Made by a program: the position numbers and the translations under genes
Assembly (NCBI GenBank): GCA_902782535.1
Contig: CACZNM010000024.1
Location: forward strand, 1-33,574
Direction of reading: 5' to 3'
DNA from: an uncultured Erysipelotrichaceae bacterium
GTDB taxonomy: Bacteria; Bacillota_I; Bacilli_A; RF39; UBA660
Length of the DNA: 33,574 nt
The notes under the pieces: model-generated
The model's input: the letters and a program-made list of their open reading frames with translations, nothing else
What the model was told of the DNA's origin: nothing
Database searches by the model: none
Shown: positions 17,140 to 25,479 of the stretch, one piece after another
Layout: each line of letters opens with the position of its first letter
Numbering within the stretch: the stretch's first letter is position 1

Positions 17140-18465
17140 TCATAAACATTTAAATATTATATCACATTTTTCGTCCTTTAGTCTATTATATTTAGATTTT
17201 TTTACTTTAGGAATCCAAATTATTTTATTTTCACTATCAACAACAATTGGCCAAGAATTGCGTTTATTAACTGGAATCTTTGAATTAATTAAAATATCAC
17301 TCACTTTTTTAGAACCTTTCATATTTTTGATAGTCATCTTATCACCATCACATCTTGTTCTAACATGTAATGGTAATGAAACATCACTACTATTAATTCT
17401 TAAAATATCATTACCATCTGTACTTGAAGAATCAATCATTTTTAAAATCATACCATTTGGTAGTACAACCTCATCAGTAAGAAGAATATCATATGATATA
17501 GTATCATCAATATTCTTTTTAAAATATGCATTATTATATTCTTTAATGAACAAATAATTATTTGGCAAAGATAATGATGCACTAGCTTTTTTAGAATTAA
17601 TTAGTTCAATTACTAACTCAACATGTTTATTATTAATATCTGTTAATTCATCTTGATAAATAAGACTAAAAATATATTCTATAATTCTTTTTCCAATTAA
17701 TAAATCCGTCTTTTTAAATTCCTCGATATCAATAATACCATCTTTATATATTCTTTCCATTTCTAATTTTGTTAATTTGGTTAATAACTTATCACAAGAT
17801 ATCAATTCTTCACTAAAATGAAGAAACTTTTCATGAACATTTGCATCTTCTTTCTTTAAGAACGGTAAAACATATTTACGATATCTATTTCTTGTATATT
17901 TATCTTTATAATTACTTTTATCAATACGATAAGGTATATTATTATCTTTATCAAATTGTTCTAAAGCTTCTTTTGTTACAAAGATTAAAGGTCGAACTAT
18001 CTTATAGCCATCCATATCAACTATTTTTTCAAAACCACTATATCCTTTTAGTGTTGATCCTCTAACAATTCGCATAAGAACGGTTTCCATTAAATCGTCA
18101 CCATGATGACCTGTCATTAAATAATTTGCTCGATATTTTTTAATCAATTCATGATAAAAATTATATCTGATATTACGTGCTTCATTATGAAAATTATCAT
18201 CACCATATGTTTTGATAGTCATACTTTCAAAAACAACGTTATTATCCAAGCAATAGTTTTTTAAAAAAACTTCTTCTTCCTTACTTTCTTCTCTTACATT
18301 ATGATTGACATGCGCAACAATTAATTGATAATTAATTTTATCTCTTAATTCAATCAAAATATGTAATAAAGCCATAGAATCGGGTCCTGCTGATACACCT
18401 GTAATAATTACATCATTTTCCTTAAGTTTTATTGTATTTGTTAAAAAATTATATACTTCTTTCAT
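17140..18465 (-). CDS. tilS: tRNA(Ile)-lysidine synthase
   Basis: PP-loop GVSAGPDSMALL. Trimmed to MKEVYNF (ATG 18465) with GGGAG 8 nt upstream. No hpt gene or fusion lies between tilS and ftsH. Confidence 0.9.
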   Translation of the reverse strand: MKEVYNFLTNTIKLKENDVIITGVSAGPDSMALLHILIELRDKINYQLIVAHVNHNVREESKEEEVFLKNYCLDNNVVFESMTIKTYGDDNFHNEARNIRYNFYHELIKKYRANYLMTGHHGDDLMETVLMRIVRGSTLKGYSGFEKIVDMDGYKIVRPLIFVTKEALEQFDKDNNIPYRIDKSNYKDKYTRNRYRKYVLPFLKKEDANVHEKFLHFSEELISCDKLLTKLTKLEMERIYKDGIIDIEEFKKTDLLIGKRIIEYIFSLIYQDELTDINNKHVELVIELINSKKASASLSLPNNYLFIKEYNNAYFKKNIDDTISYDILLTDEVVLPNGMILKMIDSSSTDGNDILRINSSDVSLPLHVRTRCDGDKMTIKNMKGSKKVSDILINSKIPVNKRNSWPIVVDSENKIIWIPKVKKSKYNRLKDEKCDIIFKCL

Positions 18466-18484
18466 AACAAACTCCCTGAAAAAT

Positions 18485-18513
18485 ATTGTATAAAAAAAAA
18501 AGAAATATATCAA
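18485..18513 (-). promoter_or_regulatory. sigma-A-type promoter for tilS-ftsH
   Basis: Minus strand reads TTGATA (18508-18513), a 17-nt spacer, then TACAAT (18485-18490). Confidence 0.45.
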
Positions 18514-18531
18514 GTTATTTTATAAAACTAC

Positions 18532-18562
18532 TAAAAGAAAAAGTTAGGTAATATTCCTAACT
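18532..18562 (-). terminator. terminator after divIC
   Basis: AGTTAGG-7 nt-CCTAACT (18542-18562) is followed on the minus strand by TTTTTCTTTT. Confidence 0.6.
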
Positions 18563-18570
18563 ATCTACCA

Positions 18571-18885
18571 CTATTCATTATTAGCGGGTAATCTTATTAT
18601 TAATTCACCATCTTTAGAGTAAAAATACTTCTCTCTAGCATATCTTGCTAAATAATCAGAATCTTGTAATTTCAATATTTCATTATTTAAATCTCTCTCA
18701 GTTTCTTCTAAAACCAACATCTTCGCTTCAAGTTCATGAGCTTCTTTATATTTATCAACTATCTGCCCAATAATATTCGATAAAGTTACTAAAACAAAGG
18801 AAATGATTGCAAACGAAAAAAGACCAAATACAAGCATGCGCTTAGCATTTTTTTTAACAGTAAATTTCTTTTTTTTCTTTTGCAT
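18571..18885 (-). CDS. divIC: septum formation initiator (DivIC/FtsB family)
   Basis: 104 aa with a basic N-terminus, one TM segment, a coiled coil and the C-terminal pattern DYLARYAREKYFYSKDGELIIRL. Sits after yabP-yabQ, as in Bacillus. Confidence 0.7.
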   Translation of the reverse strand: MQKKKKKFTVKKNAKRMLVFGLFSFAIISFVLVTLSNIIGQIVDKYKEAHELEAKMLVLEETERDLNNEILKLQDSDYLARYAREKYFYSKDGELIIRLPANNE

Positions 18886-18935
18886 ACACTCCTCCTATTT
18901 TTAGGATATCAAAAAAAGGAAGATAATTCAATTAT

Positions 18936-19229
18936 TTAAAGTCTTATTTTCTTCCACTTTACTCTTAATTTGACACATATTTTATTATACAGTAAAAAGC
19001 CTATAATCATGACTATAAGAAAATATATATTAATTATTCCATTATTAATAATATAAAGAAGATAAAAATATAAACAAAAGAAAAGCAGATTAAAAGTCAT
19101 ATTTGTGATAATATTGACACATTTATATCTAGTAAATAATGCATTATAAAAAAGATTAAAGAAAATGCAATATATAATACCAAATAAAAACGATATTGTT
19201 AAAGATTTAATTTGAATAGATAATGCCAT
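18936..19229 (-). CDS. yabQ: spore cortex biosynthesis protein YabQ-like membrane protein
   Basis: 97-aa polytopic hydrophobic protein. Its start overlaps the yabP stop by 1 nt. The call rests on size, hydrophobicity and the yabP-yabQ-divIC synteny. Confidence 0.6.
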   Translation of the reverse strand: MALSIQIKSLTISFLFGIIYCIFFNLFYNALFTRYKCVNIITNMTFNLLFFCLYFYLLYIINNGIINIYFLIVMIIGFLLYNKICVKLRVKWKKIRL

Positions 19230-19519
19230 TATTTAAATAACCTACTAATAATAGAAGATTCTTTTTCTTTTTTAGTATTATCATCAATATAGTCAAAGCT
19301 TTTAATAAAACCTTTAATAGTTACTGTTCCTTGTATAGTATCTAATTTAACTAATTCCAAATCTTCCCCTTTAAGTGCTAAATACCCCATAATTGTTTCT
19401 AATAAAAATTCTTCCTTATCAAAGCTTTCTACCTTTTTTACTCCAGTAATTATAATATTCTTTCTTTCTACGATACTAATACTATGATTAAATGAGTTAA
19501 TTTCTTTTTCTTTTTCCAT
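19229..19519 (-). CDS. yabP: sporulation protein YabP
   Basis: 96 aa. VERKNIIITGVKKVESFDKEEFLLETIMGYLALKGEDLELVKLDTIQGTVTIKG matches the YabP/YqfC pattern. Confidence 0.8.
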   Translation of the reverse strand: MEKEKEINSFNHSISIVERKNIIITGVKKVESFDKEEFLLETIMGYLALKGEDLELVKLDTIQGTVTIKGFIKSFDYIDDNTKKEKESSIISRLFK

Positions 19520-19575
19520 ATATCCTCCACTTAATTATATGTAAAAAAAAAGAAAAAAGAATAAAATCTTTCTTC

Positions 19576-19890
19576 TTATAATTCTTCTACAAATTCAGAT
19601 GTTTTAGCTCTTTCAAAAGCACCTAAAATAACTTCATTAAACATCTCACGTGTTTCTTTGTTAATAGGATGAGCTTGATCAACATGAACTTTTAATTCTG
19701 GATTAATAGTTCCATCTTCGTTACGTCCTGAAATAACTTTACTTGGCATAGCAACTACCATTTTTTCAGGTTTTTCAATGATTCTGATGTCTTTTACAAC
19801 AAAGCAATCATCTAAAGTAACTTCTACTACTCCTTTCACATTTGAAGTTGGTTTGTCGAATTTTCTTCCTTGCACTTTCGTAATTTTCAT
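19576..19890 (-). CDS. spoVG: septation/regulatory protein SpoVG
   Basis: 104 aa with a KGVVEVTLDDCFVVKDIRIIE...VAMPSK...HPIN core typical of SpoVG. RBS AAGGAGG. Confidence 0.93.
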   Translation of the reverse strand: MKITKVQGRKFDKPTSNVKGVVEVTLDDCFVVKDIRIIEKPEKMVVAMPSKVISGRNEDGTINPELKVHVDQAHPINKETREMFNEVILGAFERAKTSEFVEEL

Positions 19891-19981
19891 GCACTTACCT
19901 CCTTGGAAATTATTCTAAATAAATTATATAATAATTATTTTTAAAAATCAATTTATATTTGTCAAATTTTGAAAAATAATT

Positions 19982-20761
19982 TTATGCCTCATTAGCTTCA
20001 ATTCTTATCTTAATTGTATAATGTGCATTACTAAATTCTTTTGTTGTATAGATAATTTTCCCTGTTGAATCTGCATTTGCTGGATATAAAGTAACTGTAC
20101 TTGCTTCATCATCATTTTTCATATATCTTGTAGCAGTTGTTGTTCCAGAAGTAGCATCAGCAAGCGAAGGATTTCCTTCCGCATTATTTGCTCTTTTGGT
20201 TGTCGATGAAATAAAAGCAAGATTTTCATCAACCCACATATATAAAGAATAAGTCTTCGTAGTTAATGCTTGAGTATTTTTAATTAACCCCGTTGCAATT
20301 AAAGCTTTATCATTTGTAAACGTTGGAGAAGCTGCCGTAGCAAAATTATTTGTAGTAATACTAAAGCCATCACCATCAGTAGGAGCTTCAAACTTCATTT
20401 TGATAATATTATCTGTAAGCCATGTCTTACCAGTTACATCATCACCGCGAACAGCATACACATTAAATGTTACACCATCATCCAAATTGTTATGACCAGA
20501 AATACTAAAAGTAAGTTTATGATTATTTGTTAAATCAGATTCACTTATTGGAAATTGATTTGTTAACTGTAATGTTGTTCCTTCTTGATAATTAAATTGT
20601 ATTATACCTGTACTTAAAACATTTGGAGTACCTGTTCTTGTATAATTAAAAAAAGCATACGTAATACCAAAAGTTAAGCTAATTAATACTATAAAACCAA
20701 TTACTATTAAAACTATTCTTTTCCTATTTTGCTTCTCATCATTCATAATTTCTTTTTCCAT
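19982..20761 (-). CDS. secreted protein, TasA/camelysin-like N-terminal region with SipW-type signal (paralog 2)
   Basis: Trimmed to MEKEIMNDEKQ (ATG 20761, RBS AGGAGA), giving 259 aa. One N-terminal TM/signal segment, then YAFFNYTRTG..NVLSTGIIQF..LQLTNQFPI. The family call is tentative. Confidence 0.5.
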   Translation of the reverse strand: MEKEIMNDEKQNRKRIVLIVIGFIVLISLTFGITYAFFNYTRTGTPNVLSTGIIQFNYQEGTTLQLTNQFPISESDLTNNHKLTFSISGHNNLDDGVTFNVYAVRGDDVTGKTWLTDNIIKMKFEAPTDGDGFSITTNNFATAASPTFTNDKALIATGLIKNTQALTTKTYSLYMWVDENLAFISSTTKRANNAEGNPSLADATSGTTTATRYMKNDDEASTVTLYPANADSTGKIIYTTKEFSNAHYTIKIRIEANEA

Positions 20762-20812
20762 TTTATCTCCTATTATAAAGATATTATATAATAAAAAATA
20801 ATAATATGCAAC

Positions 20813-20837
20813 AAAAAAAGAGCATATAAATATGCTC
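20813..20837 (-). terminator. terminator between the two TasA-like paralogs
   Basis: GAGCATA-4 nt-TATGCTC (20820-20837) is followed on the minus strand by TTTTTTT. Confidence 0.6.
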
Positions 20838-20841
20838 AATT

Positions 20842-21621
20842 CTAACTACTTACGTATGTTCCACCAGTTTCTCTTGATTCAACACTTACTTTGAATGAAA
20901 GATTGTTTGCGGCACTACTAGATAATGCATTCCATTGATCTGTAGTAAGTACTGTTCTATCACCTACCCAGTTAGAATCAGATGTTCCATTATAGTCAGT
21001 AGCTGCATTTCCAGATCCTGCATAAGTATCAGTAATAGCGATCTTACTTCCATCCAAATAAGCATCAATTGTTACCGTAGCAGCAAATCTTGTTCCATCA
21101 GTATAAGTTGATGTTCCGCCGATATGACCATCAGCTAGAACATATCCTTCTGGAATAGCAACGCCATTTGTTCTTGAATATCCAGTGATTGAATCACCAC
21201 TTACTGGAGTACTTGTCTGAGTAGCAGTAACAACAACATTAACTGGTAAAGTTACTGCATTATTACCACCTGCATCAAAGTTTACATCTTTTGCAGTTAC
21301 TTTGAAATCAAGACCTTGAGCATAAGTAGTTTCACCATTAATTGTTACAACAATTCGAGCGAAATCCATAGTAGTTGAATCGTAAGTTCCACTACTTTGT
21401 GTAGAATAAGTTGCTGCCGTTATTGGAAACTTATTAGTTAATGACACACCATCACCACTTTGAGTAGATGTAAATTTAATCTTACCAGTTGATACTGTGT
21501 TTGCTGCTCCCGTTCTAGTATAGTTAAAGAACGCAAATGATACACCAACTACAGCTACTACTAAGATAGCAACTCCAATTACTGATAACAATATTTGCTT
21601 GCTCTGTTTTGAATTGTCCAT
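20842..21621 (-). CDS. secreted protein, TasA/camelysin-like N-terminal region with SipW-type signal (paralog 1)
   Basis: 259 aa with strong RBS AAAGGAGG. Signal/TM segment, then FAFFNYTRTG..NTVSTGKIKF..VSLTNKFPI. T/S/G/A-rich and beta-rich in appearance. Confidence 0.5.
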   Translation of the reverse strand: MDNSKQSKQILLSVIGVAILVVAVVGVSFAFFNYTRTGAANTVSTGKIKFTSTQSGDGVSLTNKFPITAATYSTQSSGTYDSTTMDFARIVVTINGETTYAQGLDFKVTAKDVNFDAGGNNAVTLPVNVVVTATQTSTPVSGDSITGYSRTNGVAIPEGYVLADGHIGGTSTYTDGTRFAATVTIDAYLDGSKIAITDTYAGSGNAATDYNGTSDSNWVGDRTVLTTDQWNALSSSAANNLSFKVSVESRETGGTYVSS

Positions 21622-21664
21622 TCTTATATCCTCCTTTACTCTATAAATATACCATGATAGAAAA

Positions 21665-21673
21665 ATTATATCA
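21665..21673 (-). promoter_or_regulatory. extended -10 element upstream of TasA-like paralog 1
   Basis: Minus strand reads TGaTATAAT about 40 nt upstream of the ATG. No good -35 is visible. Confidence 0.35.
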
Positions 21674-21708
21674 AGAGTTTTTTTATAAAAAATGTAAAAA
21701 TTTATGTC

Positions 21709-21737
21709 AAAAAAAGATGGTTACCATCCCCATCTTT
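21709..21737 (-). terminator. terminator after the 3D-domain gene
   Basis: AAAGATGG-9 nt-CCATCTTT spans the stop codon and is followed on the minus strand by TTTTGAC. Confidence 0.5.
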
Positions 21738-22317
21738 CTATCGTAAAATGAATATTCCTTTGTCTGCCAATAATTACAGTATCGGCTTCACTAGGATACA
21801 GTAAATCCATCGTTAACCCTACAATTGCACTACCACGATCTAAGACAATGCCTCTAAACTCATTCCCTTCTACAAAACTGAAATTTTTAATATAAATAAT
21901 ACTACCACATGGTATAGAATAATCTGCCGCTAATATACGAAGTTTACCATATTCTTTATCATTATAATAGATATTACCATTCAAGACATTTGGATTAGGA
22001 CTACAATAAACATATCCTATACAGCCTGGACAATCAGGACCATATCCTGTTAAGGTTCCTGTGAATTCTATTTTATAATCCTTACCATATTTTTTTATGT
22101 CATTAGTATTAGTAACTATTCTAGTATTATATGTTTTCATGATACCTTCTCCATATTCATGAACTATTCTTGACGATTGAATAGATTTAACATTATTAAC
22201 GTTGGATGTTACTATTTGACTACGTTCTTTTCCAGCAACTATGATTAGAGCAAGAAAACAACCATAGATTACGAAAGAAAAATAACGTATTACTGCACGT
22301 CTTCTTGCCTTTACCAT
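21721..22317 (-). CDS. 3D (MltA/RlpA-like double-psi beta-barrel) domain protein, YabE-like position
   Basis: 198 aa with an N-terminal TM anchor. C-terminal GTLTGYGPDCPGC...RILAADYSIPCGSIIYI...GIVLDRGSAI pattern. Follows tatD, as yabE does in Bacillus. Confidence 0.7.
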   Translation of the reverse strand: MVKARRRAVIRYFSFVIYGCFLALIIVAGKERSQIVTSNVNNVKSIQSSRIVHEYGEGIMKTYNTRIVTNTNDIKKYGKDYKIEFTGTLTGYGPDCPGCIGYVYCSPNPNVLNGNIYYNDKEYGKLRILAADYSIPCGSIIYIKNFSFVEGNEFRGIVLDRGSAIVGLTMDLLYPSEADTVIIGRQRNIHFTIERWGW

Positions 22318-22334
22318 ACTCCACCTCTATTATA

Positions 22335-22363
22335 ATGATATCATTTTTACATATATGTGTCAA
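22335..22363 (-). promoter_or_regulatory. sigma-A-type promoter for the 3D-domain gene
   Basis: Minus strand reads TTGACA (22358-22363), a 17-nt spacer, then TGaTATCAT (-10 at 22335-22340). Confidence 0.5.
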
Positions 22364-22367
22364 ATAA

Positions 22368-22394
22368 AGAAAAAAATAGAGATTTCTCTCTATT
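22368..22394 (-). terminator. terminator after tatD
   Basis: AATAGAGA-gaaa-TCTCTATT (22375-22394, overlapping the stop) is followed on the minus strand by a T-run. Confidence 0.6.
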
Positions 22395-23160
22395 TAAACA
22401 AATTATATATTTTATTTACATTTCCTGTTGTTTTCTCAGCTATCTCTTCCATCGAAACATTTTTAATCTTACGAAGTGCTTGAGCAACAATCTTAATATT
22501 TTGAGGATAATTAGTATGTCCTCGATATGGTTCTGGTGCAAGATATGGACTATCTGTTTCTAAAACTAAATGATCAAGAGATATTTCTTCAACTACTTCT
22601 TTTAATTTACTATTCTTAAAAGTTAAAACACCACCAATACCTAGATAAAAGCCTATTTTTATAAATTCATTAGCCATTTCAATACTACCACTAAAACAAT
22701 GAATTACACCACGATTATGATGTTCTTTTAAGATTTCTAAAACTTCTCCTATTGATTCTCTTGAATGAATTACTACTGGTAAATCATACTTTTCAGCAAG
22801 TTCTAGTTGTTTAATAAAATATTCTCTTTGTCTTTCTTTATTCATATCATTATGGTAATAATCAAGTCCAATTTCTCCAATACCCACAATTTTTTTATTT
22901 GTTTTAAGTAAAACCTCTAAATCCTTAATATCTTTATCAGTTATATTATCGACTTCATCAGGATGAAATCCTACTGTCATAAAAATTGAAGGATAACGAT
23001 ATATTATTTCTAAACCATCACGAATACTTTTAGCATCGCAACCTGACATAATAAATTTCAATACATTGTTCTTTTCAGCATCCATAACCATTGAATCTAT
23101 ATCATCGGTCAAACTAATATGACAATGCGTATCTATTAAATAATTATTATTCATATTCAT
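22390..23160 (-). CDS. tatD: TatD family metal-dependent DNase/hydrolase (YabD)
   Basis: 256 aa with N-terminal IDTHCHI and later EIGLDYY motifs, immediately downstream of metG. Confidence 0.9.
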   Translation of the reverse strand: MNMNNNYLIDTHCHISLTDDIDSMVMDAEKNNVLKFIMSGCDAKSIRDGLEIIYRYPSIFMTVGFHPDEVDNITDKDIKDLEVLLKTNKKIVGIGEIGLDYYHNDMNKERQREYFIKQLELAEKYDLPVVIHSRESIGEVLEILKEHHNRGVIHCFSGSIEMANEFIKIGFYLGIGGVLTFKNSKLKEVVEEISLDHLVLETDSPYLAPEPYRGHTNYPQNIKIVAQALRKIKNVSMEEIAEKTTGNVNKIYNLFK

Positions 23161-23171
23161 TTCCTCTCTAT

Positions 23172-24689
23172 TTAATTCTTTTTTTCAATTCTCATAAACA
23201 AAGGTACTGGACTATTTAAATTATATTCATTATCACTAATAAATTGTTCTTCTTTACGGAAATTATTTAATTGTTTTAAAATATTTTCACTAGTATCAGG
23301 CAAAAATGGTGATAATAAATTAGCCATAACTCTAATAGCTTCTAATAAATTATAAATTACCGTTTGAAGCCTTTCTAATTTAGACTCATCTTTAGCAAGA
23401 ATCCAAGGTGTCGTCTCATCAATATATTTATTACTACGTCTAGCAATATCAAATATATGATCCAAAGCATTAATTAAGTGAATTGTTTTAATATCATCTA
23501 CAAGTAAATCTTTAACGCTATTAACAATATTAATTAAATCACTATCAACATCTTCCAAAACCTTTGTATCAATAACATGACCATTAAAATATTTATTACC
23601 CATTGAAATTGTACGATTAACTAAATTACCTAAAACATTGGCTAAATCTGCATTAATTCTTTCTATTAGTAAATCCTCTGTATAATTACCATCTTGTGCA
23701 TAAGGTATTTCATGAAGACAATAATATCTAATAGCATCTGTTCCATATTCCTTACATAAATCATCAGCATAACTTATATTTCCTTTGGATTTACTCATCT
23801 TATCATTAGAGAACAATAACCATGGATGACCAAAAATTTGTTTTGGTAAAGGAAGATCAAGAGCCATTAAAATAATTGGCCAATAAATAGCATGAAATCT
23901 AAAAATATCTTTACCGATTAATTGTAAATCAGCAGGCCAAAATTTCTTAAACTGCTCACTTGAACCATCTACATCATATCCTAAAAAAGTAATATAATTT
24001 ATTAATGCATCTATCCATACATAAATAACATGTTTCCTATCAAAAGGAACTTGCACACCCCAAGTAAAAGTACTACGTGATACACATAAATCTTGTAAAC
24101 CAGGTTTAATAAAATTATTAATTATTTCATTTTTACGCGACTCCGGTAACAAAAAATCTGGATGACTATCAATATATTCAATTAATCTATCACTATAATT
24201 AGATAATTTTAAGAAATAAGCTTCTTCATGGGCTTTTTCGACATCCCTACCACAGTCAGGACATTTACCATCTACTAAATCTTTTTCTGTAAAAAAGGAT
24301 TCACATGGTGTACAATACCAACCTGAATACTCACCTTTATAGATATCACCTTGATCATATAACTTTTGAAATATCTTTTCAACTTTCTTACAATGACTTT
24401 CATCAGTTGTACGAATAAAACCATCATAACTAATATTTAAAATATCCAACATACTTTTAAATTCTTTAGCGATATTATCAACATGTTCTTGTGGTGAAAT
24501 ACCTTTTTCTTTAGCTTTATCTTCTATTTTTTGACCGTGTTCATCAAGTCCAACTTGAAAATAAACTTCATCTCCATTTTTACGATGATATCTTGCAATA
24601 GCATCTGCTAATACATCCTCATAAACATTACCAATATGACTTTTTCCACTAGCATATGGTATAGCAGTTGTAATATAAAATTTTCCCAT
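23172..24689 (-). CDS. metG: methionine--tRNA ligase (short form, no C-terminal tRNA-binding domain)
   Basis: HIGH-type SHIGNVY, KMSKS, and zinc knuckle CTPC...CPDC. Trimmed to MGKFYITTAIPY (ATG 24689, RBS GGGAGG). The track's GTG extension runs into the T-box terminator. Confidence 0.95.
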   Translation of the reverse strand: MGKFYITTAIPYASGKSHIGNVYEDVLADAIARYHRKNGDEVYFQVGLDEHGQKIEDKAKEKGISPQEHVDNIAKEFKSMLDILNISYDGFIRTTDESHCKKVEKIFQKLYDQGDIYKGEYSGWYCTPCESFFTEKDLVDGKCPDCGRDVEKAHEEAYFLKLSNYSDRLIEYIDSHPDFLLPESRKNEIINNFIKPGLQDLCVSRSTFTWGVQVPFDRKHVIYVWIDALINYITFLGYDVDGSSEQFKKFWPADLQLIGKDIFRFHAIYWPIILMALDLPLPKQIFGHPWLLFSNDKMSKSKGNISYADDLCKEYGTDAIRYYCLHEIPYAQDGNYTEDLLIERINADLANVLGNLVNRTISMGNKYFNGHVIDTKVLEDVDSDLINIVNSVKDLLVDDIKTIHLINALDHIFDIARRSNKYIDETTPWILAKDESKLERLQTVIYNLLEAIRVMANLLSPFLPDTSENILKQLNNFRKEEQFISDNEYNLNSPVPLFMRIEKKN

Positions 24690-24702
24690 AACTATTCCTC
24701 CC

Positions 24703-24903
24703 AAAATAAAAACACGACTACTTCTAAGGACGAAAAGCCGTGTTACCACCTTAATTCATAGATATACTATGCACTTATTCTTGTAACGCTCCTAGCGATT
24801 TATCTCCAGAACCATACTTCATTACTTTCCAATATCTTACTCTCACCAATATAAGACTCTCTACAATTTTCCCGTAACTACTCATTCCTTCGTTGATAAA
24901 TAT
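24703..24903 (-). promoter_or_regulatory. T-box leader (tRNA-sensing riboswitch) controlling metG
   Basis: Minus strand shows the Stem I elements AGAGAG and GGTGAGAG. A loop GAAAGTA-ATG-A contains an AUG candidate specifier (24820-24822). The T-box sequence AATTAAGGTGGTAACACGG (24738-24756) overlaps the 5' arm of the terminator ACACGGCT...AGTCGTGT (24712-24743), which is followed by TTTTTATTTT. Confidence 0.75.
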
Positions 24904-24909
24904 GACTAG

Positions 24910-24938
24910 ATTATATCATTAATTAACTACTTATTCAA
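24910..24938 (-). promoter_or_regulatory. promoter of the metG T-box leader
   Basis: Minus strand reads TTGAAT (24933-24938), a 17-nt spacer, then TGaTATAAT (TATAAT at 24910-24915). Confidence 0.5.
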
Positions 24939-25437
24939 GATAATTTTCTAAAAACATTTTACTAAATGCAAATAATTTATTATCTACATCACTTATTCTT
25001 TCTTTACTATACAAGATAATGCTTCCAAATAAATCCCCATTAATAACTAAAGGATGAATAATATAATAATATTCATCAGAATTAAATAATTTAAAATTAC
25101 TATCACTATCGATACTTTTGCGATTATTAATAATACTTTTAATCTCATCAGATAATTCTAGATTTTCTATTTTTTCTTTATTAACAATGCTATAACTAAT
25201 TATTTTCTCTTTAGAAGTAAATAATACATTCTTAGTTAAGAATTTACTAATAATATAAACAAATTTATTAACTACTTTATCATTCTCTATTTCATGTTTA
25301 TTTAAAACAATACTATTACCATCTAAAGATATATCCATCTCATCACTATCTTGAATCTTTAAATTTCTTCGTATTTCTTTTGGTATAACAATTCTTCCTA
25401 ATTCATCAATTCTTCTTGTAATACCACTTTTTACCAT
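24931..25437 (-). CDS. spoVT: stage V sporulation regulator SpoVT (AbrB-type swapped hairpin plus GAF-like C-terminal domain)
   Basis: N-terminal GITRRIDELGRIVIPKEIRRNLKI, and C-terminal HPLVINGDLFGSIILYSK resembling B. subtilis SpoVT GPIVANGDPIGAVVIFSK (from memory). 168 aa. Confidence 0.82.
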   Translation of the reverse strand: MVKSGITRRIDELGRIVIPKEIRRNLKIQDSDEMDISLDGNSIVLNKHEIENDKVVNKFVYIISKFLTKNVLFTSKEKIISYSIVNKEKIENLELSDEIKSIINNRKSIDSDSNFKLFNSDEYYYIIHPLVINGDLFGSIILYSKERISDVDNKLFAFSKMFLENYLE

Positions 25438-25479
25438 AATATCACCTATATTATTTTCTGGTAAAACAAAATATTTATA

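Noticed and set aside
16627-18065. Plus-strand ORFs 16627-16821, 17258-17557 and 17841-18065
   Set aside because: They are antisense to ftsH and tilS, both identified by catalytic motifs.
19891-19981. Promoter upstream of spoVG (a TTGACA and a TATAAT are both present)
   Set aside because: The two hexamers are not at a workable spacing from each other. In DNA this AT-rich, isolated hexamer matches are not meaningful.
22357-22563. 68-aa plus-strand ORF overlapping the tatD 3' end
   Set aside because: It is antisense to tatD and spans the tatD terminator, so it is spurious.
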